A DNA stretch of 64,000 bases from an uncultured delta proteobacterium (GCA_963711565.1 CAVQEQ010000003.1:384001-448000), one strand, 5' to 3'. Shown: positions 9,300-18,611, counted from the first letter of the stretch. Translations and numbers: made by a program. The notes: generated by a model not told the origin, from the letters alone.

Positions 9300-9926
9300 C
9301 TGTTCCCCCTTTCCATTCTGGAAAGGGGGTTAGGGGGATAGGACCACCCGACCCCACAGCGTTTCTGTTCCCCTTCCCCATTCGTTCTGGGGAAGGGGCT
9401 AGGGGTTAGGGTCTTGCCAGCGCAGCGCCGCTCGAATTCCGCCAATCACTGATGCCAAATCATTCCGCACCGATGCGTTCGGCACCCTCAGCACCCGGAT
9501 CCCGCGCCGTCTGAAATATTCGTCGCGCACCCCGTCGTATCCTTGTTGCCGGCGATGCGGGCTTCCATCGATCTCCACTACCAGCCGCGCAGCATGACAA
9601 TAGAAATCCAGAATGTACGGCGCGAGCACCTGCTGTCGCCTGAAATGCGCGCCCAACCGATTACCGCGAAGCTCCTGCCAGATGACGCGCTCTTCCGGAG
9701 TCATGTGTGCGCGGAGTTCTCGCGCGCGCCGGATCAGTTCCGGATCTCTCTGTTCGCTCAGAGTTAACAGTATCATCTGGTAGTGATTAGCATTGAGATG
9801 CGGCGAACGAAAGCACCCTAACCCCTGACCCCTTCCCCATAAGAATGGGGAAGGGGAACCAGAGAAAAACCGGGCGCTTCCGTCCTATCCCCCTAACCCC
9901 CTTTCCGGGGCGGAAAGGGGGAACAG
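9300..9926 (-). mobile_element. Candidate DUF559 element copy 1: nuclease gene between inverted two-hairpin arms (9300-9411 and 9816-9926)
   Basis: The arms are reverse complements in layout: CTGTTCCCCCTTTCC-loop-GGAAAGGGGGTTAGGGGGATAGG, spacer, TTCCCCTTCCCC-loop-GGGGAAGGGGYYAGGGGTTAGGG. Homologous element at 37154-37785. Confidence 0.65.
9399..9776 (-). CDS. DUF559 / Vsr-like endonuclease domain protein
   Basis: ARELR..MT.EE..IW..LR, FRRQ..L..YILDFYC..ARLVVEIDG..H, RD.Y....G.RVLR..N. Confidence 0.9.
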   Translation of the reverse strand: MILLTLSEQRDPELIRRARELRAHMTPEERVIWQELRGNRLGAHFRRQQVLAPYILDFYCHAARLVVEIDGSPHRRQQGYDGVRDEYFRRRGIRVLRVPNASVRNDLASVIGGIRAALRWQDPNP

Positions 9927-10095
9927 AAAGGAGATTCGGGTTCCCCTTATCTGTTAGTCAGCGGCGTCAGATTCTCCATCGCCGGCGGGGGGAACAGGCA
10001 GGAGCTTTGGAGGATCCTTGTTCATCTTGAAAGGCTTCTAGGGAGGTGGGAGGGACACAACCTTGAAAGGGTGCTCGGCAGGTGGAACACGATTT

Positions 10096-10209
10096 CTGTT
10101 TCCCACTTTCCGCTTGGAAAGGGGGTGAGGAGGATAGGACAGCCCGCTCCCGATGAATTCTCTCTGTTCCCCTTCCCCATTCTCATGGGGAAGGGGCCAG
10201 GGGTTAGGG
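10096..10209 (+). repeat. Solo two-hairpin arm of the DUF559 element family
   Basis: Same A+B hairpin layout; spacer CGATGAATT.CTCT matches the right arm of copy 2 (37710-37745, reverse complement). Confidence 0.75.
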
Positions 10210-10472
10210 CTCCGGATCCCTCTCATCCCGCCCTTCCTTGCTCCAAGGAGGGATGAACTTTTCAGCCTGATCAAGCCTCGCTCGACGTGCTAAGTAATTG
10301 CTGTGGATACCGTTCATGCAAGCCGCTCTCGCTCGTCTTCGACCATCAGCGAAATCTCGCTCGAACGAATTATTAAATTTGACGGAACGAAGCTACGCTC
10401 GGTGGTGTGCCCGTCTCTGGCACACAAGTAGTGGTATAAATTGTTCCTATCTCGCCCAGCCTAATCCTCAAA

Positions 10473-10925
10473 ATGAGAGCCAAAGTTGCACTTCTAATCC
10501 TCGCCGCAGCCTTCTTTGGCTGCAAAACGGTGCCGCAATGCCCGCCCGGCAGCCGGCTCGTCGGGGATCCTCCGCCCACCGGGTCCGAAACCGCATGTGT
10601 CGAAACCGTCAACGGCGCGGACGTCAAAGAAGGGCCGTACGTGCTCTATCACGACGACGGCTCGAAAATGATGCAGGGCGAATATCACGACGGTAAACAG
10701 AACGGCGAATGGACTATGTGGTACGACAACGGCCAGAAGAAGTCGGTCGATCACTACAAGGACGGCGTGCAGGACGGCGAGCATACCGGCTGGTACACCG
10801 ACGGCAAAATTGCCGCCATCGGCATGTACAAGGACGGCAAGCCCGACGGCGTCTGGAAGCGATGGGATCCGCAGGGTTTCAAAAACTGGGAGGAGACCTA
10901 CAAAGACGGGGTCAAACTCCCATGA
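10473..10925 (+). CDS. Lipoprotein with MORN-variant (YwqK-like) repeats
   Basis: Lipobox FFGC; repeats G.W..WY.NGQK....YKDG..DG. Confidence 0.8.
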   Translation: MRAKVALLILAAAFFGCKTVPQCPPGSRLVGDPPPTGSETACVETVNGADVKEGPYVLYHDDGSKMMQGEYHDGKQNGEWTMWYDNGQKKSVDHYKDGVQDGEHTGWYTDGKIAAIGMYKDGKPDGVWKRWDPQGFKNWEETYKDGVKLP

Positions 10926-11413
10926 CGCTCACGGCAACAAATGTGACGATCCTCGACGCAGATCTCTCGCGCGCCGAGCATCAAAATGCGCTGGTCACGA
11001 TGCTCGACTCGTTCATGCTCGATCAGGACGGCGAGCCGCTGTCGAAGCAGGCCAAGCGCGACATGATCCCGGGGCTGCGCGCGCATCCGGCGTGCTACGT
11101 GTTCCTCGCGTATCGCGACGGCTCGCCGATCGGCTTTTCGATCTGCTTCCTGGGATTTTCGACCTTCATGGCGCGCCCGCTGATCAACATCCACGATATC
11201 TTCGTTGACGCCTCAGCGCGGGGCCTCGGGATCGGCGCGATGCTGCTCGAACGAATCGAGGCGAAAGCGCGGGAACTGAATTGCTGCCGTATCACGCTCG
11301 AAGTGCGCGAGGACAATCGCGTCGCGCGCGGCCTCTACCGCAAAGTCGGTTTCGATCGAGTCGTCGTCGGCCCCAACCGCATCCCGATGGAATTCTGGCA
11401 CAAGCCGTTGTAG
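10922..11413 (+). CDS. GNAT-family N-acetyltransferase
   Basis: FSTF.ARPLINIHD, ARG.GIG motif A, TLEV..DN..AR.LY; ATG overlaps the previous gene's stop. Confidence 0.85.
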   Translation: MTLTATNVTILDADLSRAEHQNALVTMLDSFMLDQDGEPLSKQAKRDMIPGLRAHPACYVFLAYRDGSPIGFSICFLGFSTFMARPLINIHDIFVDASARGLGIGAMLLERIEAKARELNCCRITLEVREDNRVARGLYRKVGFDRVVVGPNRIPMEFWHKPL

Positions 11414-11436
11414 TGGCAAGGAACCGGCTACAGTGG

Positions 11437-13128
11437 TCAGAGTCTCCTTATGAGGCTGGCGACGACGGTCGCGAGCTCGACCGGTTCCACCGGCTTGGGC
11501 ACGTGCATCTGGTAGCCGGCGGAGATTACCTTGAGACGATCTTGGGTGCGGGCGAATGCGGTCAGGGCAATCGCGGGAACCCGGCCGCCTCCTTCCGGCG
11601 GCAACGCGCGCACCTTGCGTATCAGCTCGTAGCCATCCTCGCCGGGCATGCCGATATCGGAAACCAGGACATCCGGGTTCAATTCACGGACCATCTCCAG
11701 CGCCGCTCGAGCGCTCGCTGCACTGGCCACCTCGGCACCGGCTGCTCCCAGAATGGCCGCGACTACCTCCCTCGCGTCCGGCTCATCATCTACTAGCAGG
11801 ATGCGCAATCCCGCCAGCGACGGCATCGGACCCTGGATAGCTTCTCCGACGATGGGATCGATTCGAGCTCGTTTGTCAGGCTCCGGCAATCGAGCGAGCA
11901 CGGAAGTCGGCAGCTCGACGACAAATTCGGCGCCCTTCCCTTCACCCTCGCTGCTGGCGCGAACCGCGCCCCCGTGGAGTTCGACCAGGTGGCGCACTAT
12001 CGCCAGCCCGAGCCCGAGTCCGACGTGTTCGCGAGTCGTGCTGCTGTCGCCCTGGCGGAAGCGGTCGAAAACAAACGGCAGCAGCTTGCGATCGATTCCT
12101 TTGCCAGTATCGGAGACGATCACTTCCAGATGAGAGTCGGCTCGTTTCACGCGGACCTGAACCTGGCCGCCTTTCGGAGTGAACTTGATCGCGTTGGACA
12201 GCAGGTTCCAGAAAATCTGCTGCAGGCGGTCGGGATCGGCGGTGATCGGTCCGGCTGCAGGATCGATCAGAGTCTGCAGATCAATAGATTTCGCCGAGGC
12301 ACTCGGCCGGACCGCTTCGAGCGCCGCATCCAGCACAGTGGCGATCTCAACCGGTCGGATATTGAGCCGCATCTGGCCGGAGACAATCCGTGAAACATCC
12401 AGCAGATCCGCGATCAGTTGAGCCTGGGTCTGGGCGTTGCGCTGGATCGTCTCAATCGCGTGCGCCGTTTGCTCATCCAGTTTTCGCATCCGCAACAGCG
12501 AGGCCCAACCCATAATCGCATTCAGAGGCGTCCGCAGCTCGTGGGACACGAGCGCCAGGAATTCGTCCTTGAGACGGCTGGCCTCCTCGGCCTGCGCGCG
12601 CGAATGTTTTTCGGAGGCGAGCAGGCGCTCGCGCTCTTGTTCGGCGAGCTTGCGTTCCGTTATGTCGCGCGCGACCTTCGACGCCCCGATGATCCTGCCG
12701 CTCCGATCCTTTATCGGCGAGACGGTGAGCGACATATTCAGAAGTCGTCCGTCTTTAGCGCGGCGCACCGTCTCGAAGTGCTCGACTCGTTCGCCGCGCC
12801 CGATTCGCGCCAGCACCTCGTCTTCCTCGGCCCACCGATCGGGCGGGATGATCAGCCTGATATGCTTGCCGATCGCTTCGGCCGCACGGTAGCCGAATAT
12901 TCGCTCGGCAGTCGGATTCCAGGACGTGATTATGCCTTGCAGAGTTTTGCTGACGATTACGTCATCGGAGAAAGCGACAATCGCAGCCAGATGTGCGGCG
13001 ACGTCCAAGGGTGCGTTGAAGTCACTCATGGAATTGCTCAAGCCACCAACTTCAAGTCTAAGCGCTTTGGCTTGGGCGGCGCCAGTCAGACTCCGCGCGC
13101 GGCGCCCGAGGCGGGCTCGCGTTGTCAT
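11437..13128 (-). CDS. PAS-domain hybrid sensor histidine kinase with receiver domain
   Basis: PAS (SWN..AERIFGY), SHELRTPL H-box, NLLSNAIKFT, GLGLGL, receiver LLVDD...SDIGMP...KP. Confidence 0.9.
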   Translation of the reverse strand: MTTRARLGRRARSLTGAAQAKALRLEVGGLSNSMSDFNAPLDVAAHLAAIVAFSDDVIVSKTLQGIITSWNPTAERIFGYRAAEAIGKHIRLIIPPDRWAEEDEVLARIGRGERVEHFETVRRAKDGRLLNMSLTVSPIKDRSGRIIGASKVARDITERKLAEQERERLLASEKHSRAQAEEASRLKDEFLALVSHELRTPLNAIMGWASLLRMRKLDEQTAHAIETIQRNAQTQAQLIADLLDVSRIVSGQMRLNIRPVEIATVLDAALEAVRPSASAKSIDLQTLIDPAAGPITADPDRLQQIFWNLLSNAIKFTPKGGQVQVRVKRADSHLEVIVSDTGKGIDRKLLPFVFDRFRQGDSSTTREHVGLGLGLAIVRHLVELHGGAVRASSEGEGKGAEFVVELPTSVLARLPEPDKRARIDPIVGEAIQGPMPSLAGLRILLVDDEPDAREVVAAILGAAGAEVASAASARAALEMVRELNPDVLVSDIGMPGEDGYELIRKVRALPPEGGGRVPAIALTAFARTQDRLKVISAGYQMHVPKPVEPVELATVVASLIRRL

Positions 13129-13182
13129 TCCGGCTCGCAGGCGGCAGTAACCGTCGCGCGCACCATCTGCTGTGAGACTCGA

Positions 13183-13599
13183 TCAACCGGATCGACGGAC
13201 GGTAAATTTCTTGACGGTCTCGAGCAGCTCGTCTGGCTCGACCGGCTTACGCAAAAGTTCGTCGGCCTTGATTGGCCTGGAGATTTCTCCCACCGCCGAA
13301 AGCACGACGACCGGAATGTTCTTGAACTTTTTATCCCGGAGCTGCGCCTGACGAAATGCCCATCCGTCCATTCGCGGCATCATCAGGTCCAACAGGATTA
13401 GGTCGTACAAACCGCCCTGGCCAAGCATCTGGAGCGCGACCAGGCCATCTGTCGCATGCGAAGCGCGATAACCCGACATCTTCAGGATTTCACATACGGT
13501 TTCGCCGAGATCCAAATCGTCCTCGACGACAAGAATCCTTGCTACGCCGTCGTCGCTCGGTTGCTTGCGCCGGGCGGGGTTTTTACGACCCTTAACCAC
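13183..13599 (-). CDS. Single-domain response regulator
   Basis: ILVVEDD, LLDLMMP.MDG, KP. Confidence 0.85.
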   Translation of the reverse strand: MVKGRKNPARRKQPSDDGVARILVVEDDLDLGETVCEILKMSGYRASHATDGLVALQMLGQGGLYDLILLDLMMPRMDGWAFRQAQLRDKKFKNIPVVVLSAVGEISRPIKADELLRKPVEPDELLETVKKFTVRRSG

Positions 13600-13659
13600 G
13601 GTAGATTCGTAAGACAGCAGCTGCCCGGCAGGGCAGAAGCGCGGGAGGGAATTGGATCC

Positions 13660-14886
13660 CTATACTTTTCTTTCTTCGTCCGTATCTTTGTCCAGAGGAA
13701 GCTCGATCACGATACGTGCCCCTCCGCCGGACCTGCTCTCGGCCCTGATCGAGCCGTTATGCTGTTCGATGACCTGCCTGGCGATATAGAGTCCGAGACC
13801 TAGTCCGCCGTAATTGTGAGTGATTTTAGTTCGCACGAAGCGCCCGAAAATTCGCGACAAATCTTCCACCGGAATACCGATGCCGCGGTCTTGCACGACC
13901 AGTGTTGCTTTGCCGTCGTTCGCTGTCAGCTCGATAGCAACCGGCTTTCCGGCGCCGTATTTGATTGCGTTCGAGATGACGTTGCCGATCGCTTCGTCGA
14001 GCCGAAACCTGTCCACTCGCGCGGTGATTCCTTTCTGCGCAGTCAAATGAAGTTCCGACTTGGAGTTCGATGCGTCCTCGGAGAACCGCTCCGCGGCTTC
14101 CTTGACCACTTCAGCGAGGTCGCCGTGCTCTAACTCCAGCTGAAGTCTTCCGCTGGCCAGTTGCGAGACGTCGAGCAGGCGGTCCACCAGACGGCGCATT
14201 CTCTCCGTCTGATCTTTGGCCCGATTCACGCTCGTTTTCACCTGGTCCAGGTCGCCGGCTTGGGCATGGCGCTCGAGCAGTCCCAGCCGAAGAACCAGCG
14301 TGCTGAGCGGTGTGCGCAACTCGTGCGAGGCAATTGCCAGGAACTCGTCGCGCATTCGGACCGCGGCTTCAGCCTCCTCCTGACGTTTGCGCTGACTCAA
14401 GTCGGTCACAACAACTCCGATCGACGGTTTGCCCTCTAGGTCCACCGGATTGAGCGAAAATTGAGTTGGCAGAGGATCGCCCGATCGCGGCAACAGAATT
14501 ACCTCGGCGCGAACAGATCGATGAAGTCCCTGTCTGATCAACTTTCCGAGTGTGTCGCGATCTTCGGCAGGTACGTATTCGCACACGTCGCTGCCCATCA
14601 TCCGATCCAGCGGGGTGCCGACCATCCTCGCAAACGCGGAATTGCAATAGAGGATGGTTCTCTCGTCAGAAAGCGACACGGCGCCTTCGTTCATGCTTTC
14701 CACTAAAACGCGGTAGGGATGCTCTGCGCCCTCAAGGGTGAAGACCTTTTCTCCCAAAGGTCCGGAGACCACCAGCGCATCGACCTCGCCGCTGCGAATC
14801 GCGTCGAGAGTTTCTTCAGCTTCCTGGAGACGTTGGCGAAGGTCGTCGAGCTCCAGCCGCACCGAGGGCTTTTGATTAGCCTTCAT
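13660..14886 (-). CDS. PAS sensor histidine kinase (kai-associated type)
   Basis: N-terminal EAEETLDAIRSGEVDALVV, PAS, ASHELRTPL, NAIKY, GGLGLGL. Confidence 0.9.
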   Translation of the reverse strand: MKANQKPSVRLELDDLRQRLQEAEETLDAIRSGEVDALVVSGPLGEKVFTLEGAEHPYRVLVESMNEGAVSLSDERTILYCNSAFARMVGTPLDRMMGSDVCEYVPAEDRDTLGKLIRQGLHRSVRAEVILLPRSGDPLPTQFSLNPVDLEGKPSIGVVVTDLSQRKRQEEAEAAVRMRDEFLAIASHELRTPLSTLVLRLGLLERHAQAGDLDQVKTSVNRAKDQTERMRRLVDRLLDVSQLASGRLQLELEHGDLAEVVKEAAERFSEDASNSKSELHLTAQKGITARVDRFRLDEAIGNVISNAIKYGAGKPVAIELTANDGKATLVVQDRGIGIPVEDLSRIFGRFVRTKITHNYGGLGLGLYIARQVIEQHNGSIRAESRSGGGARIVIELPLDKDTDEERKV

Positions 14887-15233
14887 TTTGATTTACCACC
14901 GATCGCAAGACCGAGCAGCACTTTGGGCCGATCCGACAGGTCGCCCACCATGCGTTTTGTTGGGGGCGGTTCTTCCTTGATCAGGGTTGGCGCGGCGATG
15001 ATGTCCGATTCTGTGGCGCGCCCCGGTTCCTGGTAGATATCGACTACCTCCAGATCGTAGTTGCCCTGTAGATCGGTCTCGCAAATGTCGCGCAGATTTT
15101 GCAGCGCCCGGGTTGATCGGGGAGTGCTGCCGCTGGTGAACAGACGCAGCATATAACGCCCGGGCCGTGACTTGGACGCCTTCGCGCGCTCCCGGGATCT
15201 GAGGTGGTGTATTTTTGCCACTATTTTCCTCAA
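14883..15233 (-). CDS. kaiB: KaiB-family protein
   Basis: LRLF..G.TPRS.RA..NL..ICE..L.G.Y.LEVVDI...P......IIA.PTLIK..P.P..R.VGDLSD..KVL. Confidence 0.9.
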   Translation of the reverse strand: MRKIVAKIHHLRSRERAKASKSRPGRYMLRLFTSGSTPRSTRALQNLRDICETDLQGNYDLEVVDIYQEPGRATESDIIAAPTLIKEEPPPTKRMVGDLSDRPKVLLGLAIGGKSK

Positions 15234-15592
15234 GCCACACTCAGCTCCAAAGCGATAAGCACCTTTTCGGTCGCTGAGAGATCGCCGATGATGCGCCGTG
15301 CTGGTGCCGGGAGTTTTCTGACCAGCGTCGGAATCGCGACGATCTGGTCGTCTCTCGCAAGTTCCGGATTCCGCATGAGATCGATTACCTCGACCGTGCA
15401 GCGGCCGGGCATGTGGCTATCGCAGATGCGGCGCAGGTTAGTAATCGCGGCGAGCGACCGCGCCGATTGCCCCGCCACGTAGAGGCGCATACTCCACGAT
15501 TCATTCATCGCTGGTTTGTTTTTTTTCACAACCCTCGAATCTTGAGACCGCGATCTATCGCGATTGTCGCGCGGAGCGATCTTCTTCTTCAC
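15230..15592 (-). CDS. kaiB: KaiB-family protein
   Basis: RLYVAGQ..RS..AI.NL.RIC, EVIDL...PELA..DQIVAIPTLVRKLP.P.RRIIGDLS.TEKVL. Confidence 0.9.
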   Translation of the reverse strand: MKKKIAPRDNRDRSRSQDSRVVKKNKPAMNESWSMRLYVAGQSARSLAAITNLRRICDSHMPGRCTVEVIDLMRNPELARDDQIVAIPTLVRKLPAPARRIIGDLSATEKVLIALELSVA

Positions 15593-15611
15593 CTGACAGC
15601 TCTACCTTTGA

Positions 15612-17396
15612 TTATTTCCTGTTTGGAGTTTGAGACAAGTGACCGTTCGCTCTGCGGCTCCTGGCCATGGCCGCTTGATTTTCGATCACCTTCTTTTCGC
15701 GCTTGTTTTCGAGCGATACCGCCTTCTTCACCCCTGCCGCGTCGGCTTCGAATTCGGCGCGCAGCGCTTCGATGTGCGCTTCCATCGCCTTGCGCCGGTG
15801 TTCGAGCTGCGCAAGTTTGAGGTCGTTCTCGTCGGTCTGCCGAGCTGACGCGTCGCGTTCGTGCTCCTCGAGCGCCACTCGTGCCGAGCCCGTAAGCATG
15901 CCGGAGGGCCCGAGATAAACCTCGACCAGGCGGATCCCTTTGGCGCTCAGCAGGAACTCCCGAATCTGGTTCGAGTGATTCATCCCGCGCGACTTCAGCA
16001 CGTAGAGGCCGCGATTGCGCTCTCCCGAAACCTCGATATCACGCACCATCATCCAGGTGTCGATTAGCGAGGAAATTCCGACGTCGGAGGTTTCGAGCAG
16101 CCCGCTGTTTTCGGTAAGCACGGTAAAAAAGCCGGTGATGCCTTCGGTCTTCAGGAAGTCGATGAGCAGCGTGAGCATCGCGGTCACTTCCCGCGGAGTT
16201 CCGGCCGAAATCAAGTTCGAAATCGGATCCACCACAACCACTGCCGGCCGAAATCGCCCGACTTCCTTGTGCATCGAAACGAGATGCATCTCGAGGCCGT
16301 AGAGAAACGGACGCTGCGCGATTATCCGGAGCCGCCCGCTGTCCAGATGAGGCTGCAGATTGATGCCGACCGATCGCATGTTGCGGACGATCTGTTGCTC
16401 CGACTCTTCGAACGCAAAGAAAAGGACCCGCTCACCGCGCTCGCACGCAGCACGCGCCAGTGCTGCCGCGAAGCTGCTTTTCCCCATGCCCGCCGTTCCC
16501 GACAACAGAACGGTGCTGCCGCGATAGTAGCCACCGACGCCCAGCATCGCGTCCAGGTCCGGCACGCCGCTGGAGATAACCTCGCTCGAAACCTTGTGGC
16601 GCAGCGCCATCAACGTCACCGGCAATACCGAAAATCCCTGCTCGTCGATGATGAACGGATACTCGTTGGTGCCGTGGCTGCTGCCGCGATATTTCACGAT
16701 CCGCATGCGGCGCGTCGTGATTTGATCCATGACCCGATGATCGAGCAGGATCACGCAATCCGCGACGTATTCCTCCAGCCCGTAACGGGTGAGCGAGTTC
16801 TCGCCGCGTTCGCCGGTGACGATCGCCGTGACGCCGAATGATTTCAGGAATTGAAACAGCCGCCGGATCTCGGCGCGCAAAAGTGCGGTGTTCGAAAATC
16901 CCGAAAAGAGTGTCTCGATCGTATCCAGCACCACCCGCTTCGCGCCGACCGACTCGATCGCGTACTTGATCCGGATGAAGAGTCCCTCGAGGTCGTAGTC
17001 GCCAGTCTCGGAAATTTCGTTCGGATCGATATGGACGTGATCGATCGCGAGCTTGCCCTCGCGCACGAGTTTGCCGAGATCGAAATCGAGCGACGCGGCA
17101 TTTACCACCAGCTCGTCCCTGGTTTCCTCGAACGCGACGAACACCCCCGGCTCGCCATACTCGCGAACGCCGTTGACGAGAAACTCGACCGCGAGCATCG
17201 TTTTGCCGCATCCGGCACTGCCGCAGATGAGCGTCGCTCGTCCGCGCGGGAGTCCGCCAAGCGTTACTTCGTCGAGCCCGGTGATTCCGGTCGGCGCCTT
17301 TTCGAGGCGGTCAACTGCCCTGGTTGCCGCGCTGCGGGCGGATTTCGGTTTTGCAAACCTTGAGTTCGTTGCGCCGGTAGAGTGGTTGGAGCTCAT
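15612..17396 (-). CDS. kaiC: Double-domain KaiC ATPase/kinase with C-terminal coiled-coil extension
   Basis: PTGI.GLD, Walker A GSAGCGKT and GTAGMGKS, EEYVAD, KYRGS.H, GISSLIDTW, KSRGM.HS. Confidence 0.92.
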   Translation of the reverse strand: MSSNHSTGATNSRFAKPKSARSAATRAVDRLEKAPTGITGLDEVTLGGLPRGRATLICGSAGCGKTMLAVEFLVNGVREYGEPGVFVAFEETRDELVVNAASLDFDLGKLVREGKLAIDHVHIDPNEISETGDYDLEGLFIRIKYAIESVGAKRVVLDTIETLFSGFSNTALLRAEIRRLFQFLKSFGVTAIVTGERGENSLTRYGLEEYVADCVILLDHRVMDQITTRRMRIVKYRGSSHGTNEYPFIIDEQGFSVLPVTLMALRHKVSSEVISSGVPDLDAMLGVGGYYRGSTVLLSGTAGMGKSSFAAALARAACERGERVLFFAFEESEQQIVRNMRSVGINLQPHLDSGRLRIIAQRPFLYGLEMHLVSMHKEVGRFRPAVVVVDPISNLISAGTPREVTAMLTLLIDFLKTEGITGFFTVLTENSGLLETSDVGISSLIDTWMMVRDIEVSGERNRGLYVLKSRGMNHSNQIREFLLSAKGIRLVEVYLGPSGMLTGSARVALEEHERDASARQTDENDLKLAQLEHRRKAMEAHIEALRAEFEADAAGVKKAVSLENKREKKVIENQAAMARSRRANGHLSQTPNRK

Positions 17397-17591
17397 TACC
17401 TTATGTCGGTTATGGACGCTGACAATAGTGCAACTTGCAATTGATAACAAAGCAAACGAGGATCCGAAAATTTATTTTTCGAGCCGCATCGGTAAGATTT
17501 ACAATCTGAGATTTACAGATAGAGGTATCTGGGGTGAGATCCCTCGCGTCAGAGTGCGCTTCCACTACTCGCTTCGTCAGGATGAAAAGAG

Positions 17592-18611
17592 TTACAAAGT
17601 TCTGCCGACCGCCTCGGCCAGCGGCTTCAGCGACTTCATCAGGTCGGCGAAGCGCGACGGCTTCAACTGCTGCGGGCCGTCGGACAGCGCGCTGTCGGGT
17701 TTCGGATGGACCTCTATCAGCAATCCGTCGGCGCCTGCCGCGATCGCTGCCAGCGCCATCGGCGCCACCATCTTGTAGATGCCTGTTCCGTGACTCGGAT
17801 CGACCAGCACCGGCAGATGCGTCCATTCCTTGAGCAGCGGTATCGCGTTCAGATCGAGCGTGTTGCGCGTGGCGGTCTCGAAGGTGCGAATCCCGCGCTC
17901 GCATAGCACTACGTTGGGATTGCCCTCCGACAAGATGTACTCCGCCGCCATCATGAACTCTTCAAGCTTCATCGACATCCCGCGCTTGAGCAGCACCGGC
18001 TTCTTGATTCTGCCGAGGCGGCGCAGCAGCGAAAAATTCTGCGCATTGCGCGCGCCGACTTGCAGCATGTCGGAATGCTCGACGACCTTGTCGATATCGT
18101 GCGGGTCCATGATTTCGGTGACCACCGGCAAACCCACGCGCCGCCCGGCGTGCTCGAGCAATACGAGACCCTCGTTTTCCATTCCCTGGAACGAGTACGG
18201 CGACGTGCGCGGCTTGAACGCACCGCCGCGCAGCGCATGCGCCCCGGCTGCTTTCACCGCATCGGCGGCCGCCTCGACTTGCGCCTCGCTCTCGATCGCG
18301 CACGGTCCCGCGATCACCGCGATTCGATTGCCGCCAATTTCCATGTTGCCGACTTTGATGCGCGATCCTTCGGGCCGCACCTCGCGCGACGCCAGCTTGA
18401 ACGACCGAACTACCGGCATCACTCGCTCGACGCCGGCGACCGACTCGAGATGGGTCAGTTGATGCTTCTCGCCGCGCTCATCGCCCACGCACGCGACCAC
18501 AGTGCGCTCGATGCCGCGGATGATGTGCGCGTTGTAGTCGAGATCCTCGACCATCTTTGCTACGGCCTGGATTTCCGCTTCGGTGGCATGCGCTTTCATT
18601 ACGACGATCAA
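17592..18611 (-). CDS. aroF: 3-deoxy-7-phosphoheptulonate (DAHP) synthase, type I-beta with N-terminal regulatory domain
   Basis: IAGPC, RGGAFKPRTSPYSFQG, QVGARN, LLKRG, LCERGIRTF, DPSH. Confidence 0.92.
   Translation of the reverse strand: MIVVMKAHATEAEIQAVAKMVEDLDYNAHIIRGIERTVVACVGDERGEKHQLTHLESVAGVERVMPVVRSFKLASREVRPEGSRIKVGNMEIGGNRIAVIAGPCAIESEAQVEAAADAVKAAGAHALRGGAFKPRTSPYSFQGMENEGLVLLEHAGRRVGLPVVTEIMDPHDIDKVVEHSDMLQVGARNAQNFSLLRRLGRIKKPVLLKRGMSMKLEEFMMAAEYILSEGNPNVVLCERGIRTFETATRNTLDLNAIPLLKEWTHLPVLVDPSHGTGIYKMVAPMALAAIAAGADGLLIEVHPKPDSALSDGPQQLKPSRFADLMKSLKPLAEAVGRTL

Noticed and set aside
9234-10275. Hairpin cluster as a CRISPR array
   Set aside because: Units alternate in type and orientation, spacing is irregular, spacers are homologous to each other, and there are no cas genes.
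10473-11413. YwqK-like plus GNAT as a toxin-antitoxin pair
   Set aside because: The MORN-repeat protein is a lipoprotein and the GNAT resembles ordinary small-molecule acetyltransferases; no DNA-binding antitoxin is present.
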